From positions 248,001 to 312,000 of the forward strand of contig NW_019028995.1 in NCBI RefSeq assembly GCF_002105155.1: a stretch of DNA of 64,000 nt. Direction: 5' to 3'. The DNA comes from Lobosporangium transversale (lineage: Eukaryota). The position numbers and the translations under genes are program-made. The notes beneath the pieces are model-generated. The model had not been told where the DNA came from. It did not search any database and was given only the letters and a program-made list of their open reading frames with translations. Positions 40,711-54,390 of the stretch are shown piece after piece (within the stretch, counting starts at the first letter, position 1; each line of letters starts with the position of its first letter).

Positions 40711-40756
<46 letters not shown>

Positions 40757-41158
40757 GTGAATCACGAGCTCCCAGACCTTTGAGAACAAAGCTGTATCCA
40801 GTAACACATAAAGTCATCCTCCTCCTTTTTTTTTTTTTTTTTTCTTTATTTATGCGGGGCGAGCGATTTGGGCTAAAGAGTCCTCCAATGTGCCCAATGT
40901 GCCCAATGTGTCAAGGTTTGGGTCAGTTCTCCCAGCCCGGACGCTCGGACTTTTTTTTTTTTTTTTTTTTTTTCTTTTTGAACCTATTGATACATGTTCA
41001 ATATTTTTTTTTTTTAACTTGATCTATGGATCTGTAAATCTTAGAGAAACATTTTTTTTTTTTTTTATTAAGGAACAATAACAAATAATATCTATACAAT
41101 TAAAAAAAAATTGTTTATCCTGGATTGTAGACCCAGTCGTAAATTTATTTTTCACAAA

Positions 41159-41194
<36 letters not shown>

Positions 41195-41837
41195 CCCTCC
41201 CACATATTACTTTCCTGGCCTTCATTGTTTGACGATCGATAATATTGTGGCACGAGCCATAGAAAGAGTCATTAAAAATGTATGTATGTTATGTTATGTA
41301 TATATATACATTTATGAAATAAATGTTTTGTTTTAATAAAAATGTATTTGTACAAGTGTTTTTTTTTTTTTTTTTTTTTTCTCCTTCCTTGAAGTGAATA
41401 GAATAGAGAAAAAAAAAAAAGAAAGAAAAAAAAAAAGATAAAAAGTATGAAGATATATATATATAAATGTAACAATACAGTAGGACAATATCGCAGTAAA
41501 ACTTAAAAGGAGAAAAAAAAAAAAAAAAAAAAGGGTATGAATACAACGAATGGTGTATGGAACAAGCGAATGCAAAATGATAGGATAGGAATGGGAGGAT
41601 ACCTGGTCTGGGTACCTTCGACATGATAGAATAGTTAAGAATTTGAACCTTTTTTTTTTTTTTTTTTTTTCGCCTGTTGCACAGATGTGTGCATGTTCCG
41701 CTTTGACAATCCAGGTTCATTCTTGTTGTTGTCTTTTTTTTTTTTTTTTTTTTTTTTTCCAATTATCTCGCTCAGGCCAAAAGCCAAGGGACAAAGGAGG
41801 AAAAAAAAAATAAAAAATAAAAGTACGCATCAACATC

Positions 41838-42922
41838 CTATGCCAGTGATCGCAAATCAACTCCAGAATCTTCTTTATCACCATTGTTATAGAGCTTGTC
41901 ATTCTGCCTTGCAGCCTGTCTTATATCTGAACCCGCTACTCCTCTTACAGCAGCTTCATCCATTGTTTCAGAAGCATCTGCAGAGGCGCTGGAGAAGGCA
42001 AGGAATTCAGGCGTCGTGAAAGTACTGCAGGCTTGTACGCGCTTGACTAGCTCAGACAAAGTGATACGCTTCTTTGGATTGAGACAAAATACGGACTTGA
42101 TGATCTCATTCAGCTCGGGCGACATGGGTAGAATAGTTTGCAAAAAGTCATTATTGAGGACATAAGCCGAGAATGTCTCATCCCTAGGACAGGCTTGCTT
42201 CCATGGGTTCCTGCCAAAGACTAGGTTAATCAAGATCACGCCAAGGGACCATACATCGTTGGCTGCACTATCATAAGATTTGACCGTCTCAACATAACCC
42301 CCTTGACATTCTAATAGGACACAGATTTTTTAAATGCAAGACATTTTTTTTTTTTTTTTTTTTTTTTCGTTAATGCTAATCTTCCCAATGCTAAATCCAT
42401 CGTTCTCTTTTGTTCATTTTAAATGTCCCCGTGAAACATATCCGAAATATCCACGTAGTACACAGGTCACAACCCCTGGTCTCTTTATCTTACCTGGGGA
42501 CAAATAGAATGTGGAGCCACATCCAAATTCATTTGAGGTCTTTTCTGTCGTTGCTAGACCAAAGTCAATCAATTTCGTACATTGACCAAACATAATAATA
42601 TTTTCAGGCTAGAGTTTGTACATTTAAAAATAAAATATTTAAAAAAAAAAAAAATTAGTCTTCAATCAGATTTTTTTTTTTTTTTTTTTTTTTATGCTGA
42701 TTGTAAGTTAATTATGGTGTGAGTCTTCATCTCATTGGCCGGTTTTAGTAGGTGGGAGTGAAGCAGTCCAATTACGCGTGTGCTGAATAACCCAGAAGGG
42801 AGAGCGTGGGCTAGGCCAAGGGAAGGGGCGACCCAAAAAGAGTTGCCTGGATACAGAGGGTAGGGAAGTAAAAGTTGGGAAGGGGCATAGGTAGAGGGAG
42901 CATTCTTGGGTATGTAACAGAG

Positions 42923-42958
<36 letters not shown>

Positions 42959-43476
42959 TTTAGATCGCGATGATAAACACCGTTTTCATGGCAATGCATG
43001 ACAGCACTAGCAATTTGGACAAAGATTGCCTTGATAACTGAAGTGTTCCCAATAAAACCTCCACGTTCTGTGATGGTATAAAACAGGTCACCTTCTACTC
43101 CACAGTCAAGCACCATATAGAGATGATCATTCTCTTCAATAATCCTGTGGAGTGTGACAATATTTGGGTGACCGGAGACGAGGGCATGAAGTTTTGCCTC
43201 GTGGCTCTGGAATGCACGTTGCCTCGAGTCCAGCCCCGTCTTGTTTAGACTCTTAACAGCATAACTCTGGCCTGATTGGGTGTCGACAGCTCTGTATACA
43301 GAACCATAGGCACCAACACCGAGCATGTCCTGTAAGATCAATCGACCACCGTCGATAGCCTGAGGTAGCTGTGGGATGGTAACACAGGCTTGTTGTAAGG
43401 GACTCATCAGTTGATAATGAAAAAGTTGTTGGGTCAATGGGGAAGATGTTGCTGAGGCGTTGATTTCACCAAGCAT
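41838..43476 (-). CDS. Ran1/Pat1/Sks1/Vhs1-family Ser/Thr kinase; 3 exons
   Basis: Exons 43476-42958, 42608-42494, 42310-41838. LGVGAYGSVYRA, YHRDLKPENI, DFGLATT...FGCGSTFYLSPEC, NDVWSLGVILINLVFGRNPWKQA. Confidence 0.93.
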
Positions 43477-46400
43477 GGATATGCTGGAATTGGTTGAGGG
43501 GAGAAGAGTGTGCGAGAAACACTCAAATATTAACAGTATTTTGATTCGCTGTGAACGTTGTAGCGCCCGTGTGTAGTTGTTGCAATTGTCGGTGGTTGGC
43601 GATAGGCAAGTTAATAAAGTTCAATGACAATGGAGGGAGGCTGTGACTTAGTGCTACTTCTGCTTTAACTGAGGAAGGAGTTGAGTAAAGAAATGAGAGT
43701 CGTGTTATGTTAACAAGAAGAGGGTATATTAAGTTCTTCAATAAAAAAAAATAAAAAAAAAAATAAAAAAAATAAAAAAAATAAAAAAAAGAGAGAGAGA
43801 GCAAAGAGGGATAGATCGATAGATAGGCTGTCTTCAACTGAAAGGAGAGAGGAAAGAAAAGAGAAAAAGAAATGAGGGTTTAAAAGCTGGATCTATATAG
43901 TCGTTGATGAAATGGTGACAAGAAAAGCGATGTGTACGTGCTTCTATGTATGAATGGATTGAATTGAGTGTTGAATATTTTATGCTGTTTGAACGTGTAA
44001 ACATTTGGTGGTGAGAATCTCTTTTGATAGGTGTGTATGTGGGTATAGAGTGTATGTACTGTATGTATGTATTAGTATGTGTCAAGGGAGTCTTTGCAGA
44101 CGAAAAGAAAGAGAAAGAAGGTTTTGTCGGAAGGGTCCTCTGCTCATACTCTGTGGTATATAAAAGCTTTGTTTTATATATATATATTTATATATATATA
44201 TATATATATACATATTACTGTTACTTACATGTCTTTGGTTAGGCAATGTAGTGTTTTTGAATAGAAACTGAATGACCACAGAGAAGACGGGAGGTGTTGA
44301 AGATTGTAAAAGGTGGGCGCCTTGTGCTTTGTTTGTTTGTTTGTTTGCTTTTGTGCTTTTCACTATTGTGCTTTGTGCTTTGTTTGTTATCGTTCTTTTG
44401 TAGCTGGGGTGAGGTGAGGGAAAATGAATCAGCGCGAGTTGTGAGCAAATCGATTCCCGCGGTTCTTATTATTATTATTATTTTTTTTTTAAGACTATAA
44501 CGCGTTCTTGGATGTTTGTGTATGTGATCACTAGGAAAGATGGATGATCCAATTGAATGTCTATATCGAACTTGGACTAGTTTGCTGCCTGCAAGCAAAA
44601 AGTTCGTTTACTGCTGGGTGATATCAACTTAGACTAAAAAAAAGAAAGGCTTGTATCCGTTCGTGTGAACAAAGGGCTAGGACAAATAAATCCCAGTCTG
44701 TTTGTGTCTGCTATGCTTAAAAAAAAAACAATAAGGATGAGAAAGGCAGATTAGAAAAAAAGGTATCAACCACGGATCGTAAGCATAACAAGAAACTGCA
44801 AAAGCATTGGGAATGGATGATTTGTCTCAAATGGCCAGGGTCACCACGCCGATGCAAGAAACTAGAAAATGCTTATTGTAGAAAAGGTATAGCTATTTCT
44901 TTGTTGTTGAAAATCAAGGGGAGAGAGGATTTTCAAGGGCGTAGTATCAACAGAGAAAGGAAAAAGACTGTGAGGGGTTGAAGTTGCTGAATGCCTTCCA
45001 TCCTTTAGTATTTTGCCTTTTATGAACAATACTTTATATGCCTTGTATTAAAAAAAAAAAAAAAAAAAGGCAAGAAAAGTGGAATGTTTGGAATACAGAG
45101 ATCAGACACACAGCTGTCTACCATGCACGCATTCACACAATTCTCCTTCTCCCCTTCTCCCCTTCCCTTTTTGCCTAACGGATAGACTTTACATATTTGA
45201 TTAACACGAGCTTGAGTGCTCGCGACAGATATTAATGGCGATATCCAGCTTTGCTGAAATGGAAGGGAAATTCAGTGTGACTAAAGGTGCCAAGTGCAGC
45301 AGTGTCGAACGCCATAGAAGGACACCTTCAAACTCCTAGAATAATAGTGAAGATATATTGGACAGGCTTTGATGCGTGTGGAGAAGCGTGGATTCCAAGT
45401 GATGTACCAGAAGATGATATGTGTCATAGTGCACAAAAATGGAGTTCGAGGCCAGTGCGAGGATTACCTGAGATGTCGAAAACCCAATTCGTGGTTCACA
45501 TCACAGGAAGGTGCGCAACTGTTACTTTTACAAAGTTGTCGGACTAATTTTTTTTTTAATGTTTTCATTGTTTCATTAAGGTAGCGCAGCGAACGTTTTA
45601 AGAGATGAATAAAAAAAATAAAATTTGAAATAGAACAAAATGAAATCTCACACTTTGCTTCCTCCAAGGGTTGTGGAAATGACTTTCTGTAAGGGAGAGC
45701 CTCATACCCATGATTACCACTCCCGCTCTTTTGCATAGTATGGTTACGCCATGGGTTCACTTCTGAGCACATCACTCCTTTACCTTCAATAGCTATGCAC
45801 GGAGGCTCTGATCAGGGTGTGGGGTATTTGTGTTCAGCTGCATAACATTGAAAACAAACAACGTGTGCAAAGACATCAGACCATAAAGAAGTAGACATGA
45901 GGATAGATTAGGAATGGTGAACAGAAGTCATCTGTAATTATATTCTGCATGTTGATATCAAGGAAAGAGTTTTTTTTTTTTTTCTCTCGAGATGACTGTC
46001 AAATCCACATGCATGTTCCCACACTGTAATAACATTCAATCAATGGGCGTATCTGGAGTGGAGGAAAATACAAAGCACGACACCCATAAAGGTATATAAA
46101 CAGGGAATGTACCTCAAACTGCGGCACGTGCAGAAGAAAGAAATAGAGGGTCCAGGAACAGGGCAAACAATTGGTTCTACTGAACAAAGATTTGAGAAGG
46201 TGAAGAACTGAGACTGAAATCGAGATCAATATCAGATAGGATAGGATAAATGTCAAGCGGACAATAGAAGAGAAGTTGATGTGATGATCGGTACCTTTTT
46301 ATACTTCGAAACCACGGATCGAATATCGGGGTCAAGGAACAGAGTATATATAATCGTTGTCAATGCTTTTTACTATTTCCTTTGCTTTATTGGTTTTGCG

Positions 46401-48013
46401 CCGGTGGTAATCTAAAAAAATCTTGCAGACAATTGAATGAGACAAACTTGAGGATCTCATGAGTAACCAACAAGGAATACAAAATAAATAAAGAATAACT
46501 GAATTACCATTACCATTACTATTCTATTTTATTTTAATGCCTTATATTGATTATGATTATATTAAATATTGGTTATTCAGTTTTTTTTTTTTTTTTTTTT
46601 TTGCATTATTGCTAAGGCAGGAATTTTGGTATCAACTTAAAGGTCGGAAGCATGAACTGTCTGCATCTTTCTCTGTACATGTATGAATGAATACACTCAA
46701 AGTACTGAAAGAACAGACTGATTGAATAAAGTACAATTCAACTTTGCCAATATCTCATCTTCCAATTTATGAGCTGTTTAATCACCCCTTATTTCCTCGG
46801 ACCCACAATGAGGAGTCTAAAAGCATGGCGGAATATGCCGTCAAAAAAAAAAAAAAAAAAAAAAAAAAAGCTCTTGACATTTTCTCCTATCTGAAAAGTT
46901 AACATCGACCAGGAGGCTTCAAGTTTCCACTGCTGTCTCTTGGCAGATCAGAGGAGTATAAAATTTCCACAACGAATAAAAGGGATTGCACGAATGAATT
47001 CATTAATATCTCCTGGCCCATAGGCTTGGGAAACTTATTCTCAACTACGTCTCCTTAAATTAGCCTAAAGCAGGTTTAGCAAACTGCTAAGTCCGAGAAC
47101 CTGCTAGAAATATGCTAGAATAGGCCAGTGAAAACAAAAAAAAAAAAAAAAAGGCTAGCGAAGGAACGCCAACAAGGCCTGTGCGAACCATTCATTATAT
47201 TCTATAGATGTCCAAATTGATGTCAGATCCGATACAGAAAAAAGCCAACAATAGTAATCTTTATGGCATTGACGTGTATTTGAGGCGCTATCTTTACCAA
47301 AAATCATCCATAGCTTCATTACTTTTTTTTAAAAAAAAAAACGGAGACCTTATACATTTCAAATGGCACAATATGCCTTTGGGTGAACAATAGGGGCCAG
47401 GCATGAACCAACCAACGGCGATGTGGTGGAACAACGGCCGCGCGTAACCTGTTGCGGATTTATGATGTTGAACACGAGCCAAGTTGGTCAACTCGAAAGT
47501 AATCAGATGCCGCCAAGAGATAGAGGTGAGGATAGGTCTCATTAAACTTTATTTGTTCTTCGACTATGCACGGACAATCTGGTGAGTTTTTCAGACGCGT
47601 CTTGTTGTGGCTCTGTAGTACCACCGCCTTCTGCCTTTTTTTTTTTTTTTTTACTGCTTCGTATCCTCGCAAGTATTTACGTCATGAGAGAAGAGACGAA
47701 TATCATCTCGTCTCTCTTCAACGAGCATTTACGCCTGAATGATTTTCAACATCTGATCATGTCCGAGATACACGCTTCAGTTTGAGATCGTCAACGTCTT
47801 TTTTTTTTTTTTTTTTTTTTTTTTCTTTTTCCTTAAAAGCGCAGCATCATTTTTTTTTTTTTTATTTTTTTTTTAAGAAACTTCTTTTTATTTTATTTTT
47901 TTGCTAACTTCTGTCCACCCCTCAAACCCCCCAAAAACGGTTCCTTTTTTTTTTTTTTTTTTTTTTTACTTTCATTCATTCTTAACAGTCAGTAGTTCCC
48001 TTCAATTCACCTT

Positions 48014-48040
48014 TCCCACTCCCACTCCCACTCCCACTCC
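48014..48040. repeat. (CCCACT)4 hexamer repeat
   Basis: Seen directly. Confidence 0.8.
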
Positions 48041-48949
48041 CTCCCCCTTCTCTCCCCGTCTTGATATAAGATATTAACTAAGAGCTCCTAACAAAGAATC
48101 TATCCCAACTACACCTATTGGATAATCGCAGTTTATATCTTGGTTTTTTGTTTTTTGTTTTTTTTTATTTTTTTTATTTTTTTTTAAAGATCAACTTATA
48201 CACCGACATTACAAAGAAAAAAAAAAAAAAAAAAAAAAAAGGGACAAGGGACAAGGGGGGGAAGGACTGAATCCTTGGAAGGTTGCTCTCTCTCTTCAGT
48301 GTCCAAACTCATAGTGGACCGTTGAGAATGACAACATTTTTATTTTTATTTTTTTAAAACCACATCTTACGTTACGCCCAAACAACACCATCCAAATGCT
48401 CCCCCTCCCCTTCGTTCATCTCAAAATACAAACACACTAGTTCGCTAATACCTGAATTATAGACCGTAAAAAAAAAAACCAGGAAAACATAGAGAGAGAG
48501 CATAGCTGGTTAGAGTCGGTCAAACTTGTTAGAAGGCCAACTTGTTACTAAGCTTCTACAACGGTCAAGGAGACAAAAAAGAATGACGAATTAACTCAAT
48601 CCGTAGAACCTACCTTCTTAACCGTTGTACGGAAAATGGAAATTGGATGAATATTCACCCCTCTGAATATTTTACATTTGACATTTGATATTTCGGCTTC
48701 TCATATCAAGTGAGTTTATGCTGGTATATACCATTATTTAGTACCTAGAATAATCATTGACCACTTGGACCATTTTTTTTTTTTCCCTTTGCTCCTGTCA
48801 GACAAATACATGGAGGATTGAGGCATTTTTACGAGGCTGGAGTGTAGGTTTTCTCGTAATACCGGGCTGTTGCACCTATCGGTATACAGTTCTTTATAGG
48901 TGGGAACATAGTCAAAGCCTTTGGAAGAACCAATTGTCCCATTGTTTGT

Positions 48950-48984
<35 letters not shown>

Positions 48985-49967
48985 CAAAAGCTGCTTTTCC
49001 CCTGTACAAGGCGAAGAGAATGGCATTTTCCTTTTCATCAGAATCTTGCGCATGAACTGAAATTATGTAAAATAGAAAAGGAGACAGAAAAGCAAGCGAG
49101 AGAGCGAGATCTTTTGTTCTGATTCGTGCAAGTTTCTTGTTGACACAAGAAGAGGAGACGGAGGGGCGGAAAAAGTTGTTGACAAATGTCTGCCCCCCTC
49201 TTTTTATTTTTTATTTTTTATTTTTTTTTTATTTTCTTATTGACCATCGTTCAATTGTAAACATTCTGACTCCTGCATTGGTCATTGAAATGGAAGTACA
49301 TGAACATGAAGTGTTTGTAAACATTTATACAAACAATTCCTTCCTGAATGTTATTTAATTGCATATCCAGATCCAGTCCAAAATCGCAGTGTCGCAGTCT
49401 TTTCATTCCACCAAAACTTTTTGTTCTATTATGTATACTCATGTATAGATAGTAAACAAATATAAAAAAAGGGAACAAAGTTGGTGCTCATTTTTTTTTT
49501 TTTTTTATATTTCAATACCTACCAAATATCTATATATTATGCCTCATCCTATCGCTTCACTGTTGACGCATGTTGTGTTTAGTCCAGAACGCATCTACCT
49601 CTATAACAATTGTACAAAGCTGCTCTTGCATTCCCCCTTGCCCATGATCCTCCTTAAAAAAGTTATCTCGTAATAAGAGACCATTCAAGAGCCAAGGCAT
49701 TGTCCACTTCGAATGACTTCACAAATGTTATACATTCACAGTAAATTTTTTAAAAAATCTTCCCACAACGTTCTCAACACCAGAAAAAAAACATCTATGG
49801 CATATGGCAATAAATATCTTTTTGATCATATTTGATTACACATATTTGCTAAAGAGCTCATCGACGCGACAATTAAAATTATTCCCAAGACTTAATGATC
49901 GTGCCACAACAAACTACGCGTTCTAATCGTATTGTCACGTGCATAGCTGCGCCACAATACCAAAATT

Positions 49968-52742
49968 TTAATAATTATCAGAGATCTTTGGAAGTTCAAG
50001 GTTCCATCCAATGATGGGTCCTAGCTTTGGAAGAGCTTTGGCAACAGACTCGACATCCTTATCGCCACGTCCCGACACAGTAACAAGGACATCCTTGCCG
50101 GGGCCCAGCTCCTTAGCAGTCTCAATGGCAGCATAGAGTGCATGGGATGACTCAAGTGCAGGGATAATTCCTTCTGTCTGGCAGAGATAGCGGAATCCGA
50201 TCAAACATTGGCTATCGTCCACAGGGATGTACTTGGCTCGGCCAGTGTCCTTCAACCAAGCGTGTTCAGGTCCGACACCAGGGTAGTCCAGACCTGCAGA
50301 GATCGAGTGTGTTTCCTTGATCTGACCGGTAGTATCGTCTTGAAGCAAGTAGGTTCTAGTTCCGTGGAAGACACCAACGGTTCCAGCAGCCAAAGTAGCA
50401 GAATGTTCTTCAGTATGAGTGCCAGACCCACCAGCTTCAGCACCAATCATCTGAACAGTCTTGTCCTCAATAAAGGGGTAGAAAAGACCAATAGCGTTGC
50501 TGCCCCCTCCAACACAAGCAACGACAGCATCAGGTAAGCGACCAGCCTGTTCCAGCATTTGCTCTCTTGCTTCAGTACCAATAACAGATTGGAAATCACG
50601 CACAATGGTAGGGAAAGGATGGGGTCCGATGGCAGAGCCGACCAAGTAGTGTGTGCTGGTGACGTTGGAGACCCAGTCTCTCATTGCCTCGTTGATGGCA
50701 TCTTTGAGGGTCTTTGCACCAGAAGAGACAGGAATGACTGTGGCGCCCAAGATGCGCATTCTGAAGACGTTCAGGGCTTGGCGTCGACAATCATCAGCAC
50801 CCATATATACGACACACTCCAAACCAAACTTGGCGCATACAGTTGCGGTGGCGACACCATGCTGACCAGCACCAGTCTCTGCAATGATTCTCTTCTTTCC
50901 CAGTCTCTTAGCCAACAAGATCTGCCCAATAGTATTGTTGATCTTGTGTGATCCAGTATGGTTCAAATCCTCACGCTTCAACCAGATTCTTGCGCCTCCA
51001 ATCTTCTCAGTTAATCGATCAGCGAGCGTCAGGTTTGAGCGTCTACCTATGTATGGATAGTAAGACCTGAATTCCTCCCAGAAAGATGGATCTTTCTTGG
51101 CCTCAACATATGCGGCCTCTAACTCACTTAAACAATCAACCAGGGCTTCAGGGACATACTGCCCACCAAATTCTCCAAAGCGAGGGTCTAACAAGTGAGA
51201 GTGCTATCCATCAAAAAAGTACAAGTTGTTAGTAATACATTAAAGTAACAGACAATTAGCTTTTTTTTTTTTTTGAATGTCATACAGTATAATTGAGTGG
51301 AAGATGAGATTCTTCATGGACAATTTGTCGATCTAAAGCGTATGGACAATAAAGAATTAGTTTCTCTCTTCGTACAATTACACAACCATGTATTCAAAAA
51401 ATGTATAATAATATCGATACAAATGAAGGCATCATTACCAGGTGCACCAGTGCGATCACACACATCCTTAACATAGTTATATACAGCATCTGCACCAGTT
51501 CCCGGAGCTAATATCAAGTAGTTTTAGAAATTAGTATAAAGAAAAGATTAACGAATAGATAAGCGATCTTTGTATTCAATGATAGCAGATAAACTTACCT
51601 GAGTCGCGGAGAACTGTGACGATTTTACTTCCAATAACAACGCCATCGGCATAGGTTCCAACAGTATGGAACTGCTCTCGGTTAGAAACACCAAATCCGA
51701 CAGCCAATGGCATATTGGTGTGACGGCGAATGCGCGAGACAAGGTTTGGGAGTTCGGAATTAACAGTGGCAGAGGCACCAGTGACTCCGAGCTTGGAGAG
51801 AACGTAGATGAAGCTGTCTGCTACCTGGACCAGATGGCCAATACGTGTGTCGGATGTGGAAGGAGCAACCAGAGGTACATATGACAAACTTTTTACAGTG
51901 ATCGGAAACAGATACCATTTATCAATGCTTTGTCATGTAAAACATTCTGAATCACTTTAGTAATAGATACGTGAGACATACCCGTATTGTTTACAATAGC
52001 CACGGAAGATAGCACTCTCCTCAGGAGGTAATTCGACAACAATGAAACCATTAACACCAACATCTTTGCAGTCCCGTACAATCCTCTCTTCACCATAGCA
52101 ACGAATAGGATTGTAATATCCCATGAAGACAATAGGGGTCTTCAAGCCTTTGGCTCTTGCTTCCCTGACCATGTTCAAACACATTGGGATATCGACTTTA
52201 TGTCCCAAAGCAACCTAAAAGCCATGGTGCATTGGATCAGTAATGAGGTTAATTATCGTTGTAGATTTGCCTTCATCCTGTTTATAGGAGCTTTATTTTT
52301 TGTGGTCGATTCTTTTTTGTTAAGCATTTATAGGCTCATACCTGACTAGACTCCTGAATAGTGGGGCCATCAGCGAGCGGATCGGTGAATGGAACACCAA
52401 GCTCAATGATATCTACACCACCTCTCTCCATTGCGAGCATGATATCAACCGTTTCACTAGGGTGTGGATATCCAGCAGTGATGAATGCTACAAAAGCAGG
52501 ACGCTCTATTTGAAATGAAATGAAGTAAAATTGCGTTTAACAACGAGTTTAATGAGAATGGTTCATTGTCTTGTAGGGAAAGGAAAAGAAAAAAAAAAAA
52601 AGCTTTCCGAGTTGTTGTGTTTTCTCTTCTGTATCAAGTCTTGTGCAACTTTTCACACCCTTCAATTGAAAGAAAGGGATAGCTGTAGTCGCTTACTTTG
52701 GTCTTTGCAATCACTAAAGACTTGACGCAGATGTGCAGACAT
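49968..52742 (-). CDS. TRP5: Tryptophan synthase, fused alpha-beta (fungal type); 7 exons
   Basis: Exons 52742-52697, 52505-52342, 52214-51982, 51888-51599, 51507-51439, 51332-51286, 51203-49968. [54 protein letters not shown]. Confidence 0.98.
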
Positions 52743-52838
52743 TATGATTGTGTTTGATGAGTGGAAGGTCGAGAAGTGTGTTTGAGGAGGAGGTTGGAAG
52801 GAAGCAAAGAGTATAAATACGGTGTACTGTTCTAAGAT

Positions 52839-52845
52839 TGAGTCA
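52839..52845 (-). promoter_or_regulatory. Gcn4/Cpc1 (cross-pathway control) site TGACTCA
   Basis: Exact consensus about 100 bp upstream of the Trp synthase ATG; second copy at 53671-53677. Confidence 0.6.
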
Positions 52846-53059
52846 CATCATAGCGCCATCGATCAATTTTAAGTGGCTGAGAAATACAATACACAACAGA
52901 CAGAGTTAATTTCAAATTCTTTATATTCGCCCCAACCTTAAAAGATTTTGTCCATTTATTGACGCACTGATGGGGCGCAATCGACCTTAGAACAAGATGC
53001 CAAAAAGTGGGACAAAAAGTGTTTTAAGTTGAGGCGCCAATATAAAATATTTGGCTGTA

Positions 53060-53554
53060 CAGCCGAAAGCGGTTTTTATAGACAAAGCCATAATGAGTTT
53101 GTCTATAAGAATAAGTGAATTGACCTCCACGAAATATGTATTTTAAAACGTGAAAATTAAAATCATACATATTGGTGCTCATGACACAAAACAGTTCATG
53201 CTAATTTTCTTCCAACGTGCCGGTATTCAAGAGGTCAAAATAGCGCAGCCGGCGAATTCTGTTTGGTGTTTTATCCTTCTTGGAAGAGAACAAAGGGTGG
53301 GGCGCAGGCTTCAGCTTTCTAAATCTGTCTTCACTTCATCCGAGAACGGTCAATGCCTTTTGTTACAATTTTTTTTAGCCATGGTGTTCATATTGAATGA
53401 AGAATAATATATTTTCGTTTATATTGTGTGCACCAATATATATAAATGTGGCTTTAATTCTCATGTTATAAAATACATCTTTTATGGAGGTCAATTCATT
53501 CGTTTTTATAGACAAATTCACTATGTCTTTGTCTATAAAAACCACTTTCGACTG
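53060..53554. mobile_element. MITE / internally deleted Tc1/mariner-pogo-like element with about 120-bp imperfect TIRs
   Basis: Left CAGCCGAAAGCGGTTTTTATAGACAAAG matches reverse complement of right end CAGTCGAAAGTGGTTTTTATAGACAAAG; similarity continues through GAATTGACCTCCA and ATATTGGTGC; TA on left, AA on right. Confidence 0.85.
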
Positions 53555-53850
53555 AATTGCATCTATACGTCCAAGCATTTACGAATGATATAAAGGTTAA
53601 ACTAGTGTATTCTCCAGGTTGCAAGCACTGCAACCTGCTATTGCTTGTTGCATCCATTCTTGATGCTACATGACTCACTAGCTAATGCCTTTAACTACGT
53701 CGGAAAATATATAAGCATATTTATCTCTGCTATTATTATTTTAAATGCTATGGTGTTAATGTTTATTTAAATATTACAGGCTATATACAAGGATTTGGTG
53801 GTGATCAATAGTCATGCCTTGAGCACATGCCAACGAATGACTAACTTTGA

Positions 53851-54025
53851 CTAGCTTGGCAAATGACGGCCTTCAGACCCTGGTGAAGGATAATTGAAAA
53901 AATTGATCTTCTTCCTCACGAGTCATAGGATATGGCGTGCGGGGTAAGCAGGGTGATTTGTCATCAGTCTTGTTATCAGCTGTAGCGTAATTTCAGGATA
54001 TGGTTAGTTACCAACTATTATAAAG

Positions 54026-54056
<31 letters not shown>

Positions 54057-54390
54057 GCGCTGCCATGTTTTACTTACGTGGAGAAAAATGTACCATGCGT
54101 GATCTTGTTGGTAGCTCAAGTTTACGGAAAGCGCCTGGATTTGATATAGTCTCAACGAGCTCATCTTCACAGAGCGTTGGCATAACGGGCAGGCTAAGTC
54201 GGTGACGACTAGGAAGCGTCTTGGAAGAGTATGGCTTTCGATCTGATGAGAGCTTAGCTGTCTTAGTGGGTCGACCAAGAGGAGATTTTGCTGATACGGT
54301 GCTGTATGGCGACGATGCACTAGAGAAATTAAAAGTTGCAGGCATTGATACCATGGATGGTGAGGAGGCTGGATGCTTAATGTCTGTCAT
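53851..54390 (-). CDS. Small Ser/Pro-rich protein (about 146 aa) with RxVxF and LPRTPYP motifs; 2 exons
   Basis: Exons 54390-54078 and 53979-53851 join in frame (C|GTAAGT ... CAG|CT) to a TAG; probable 5' UTR intron about 54487-54402. Confidence 0.7.

Noticed and set aside
48498..48570. TAGCTGGTTAGAG resembling a tRNA D-arm
   Set aside because: No T-arm GTTCRA or acceptor stem
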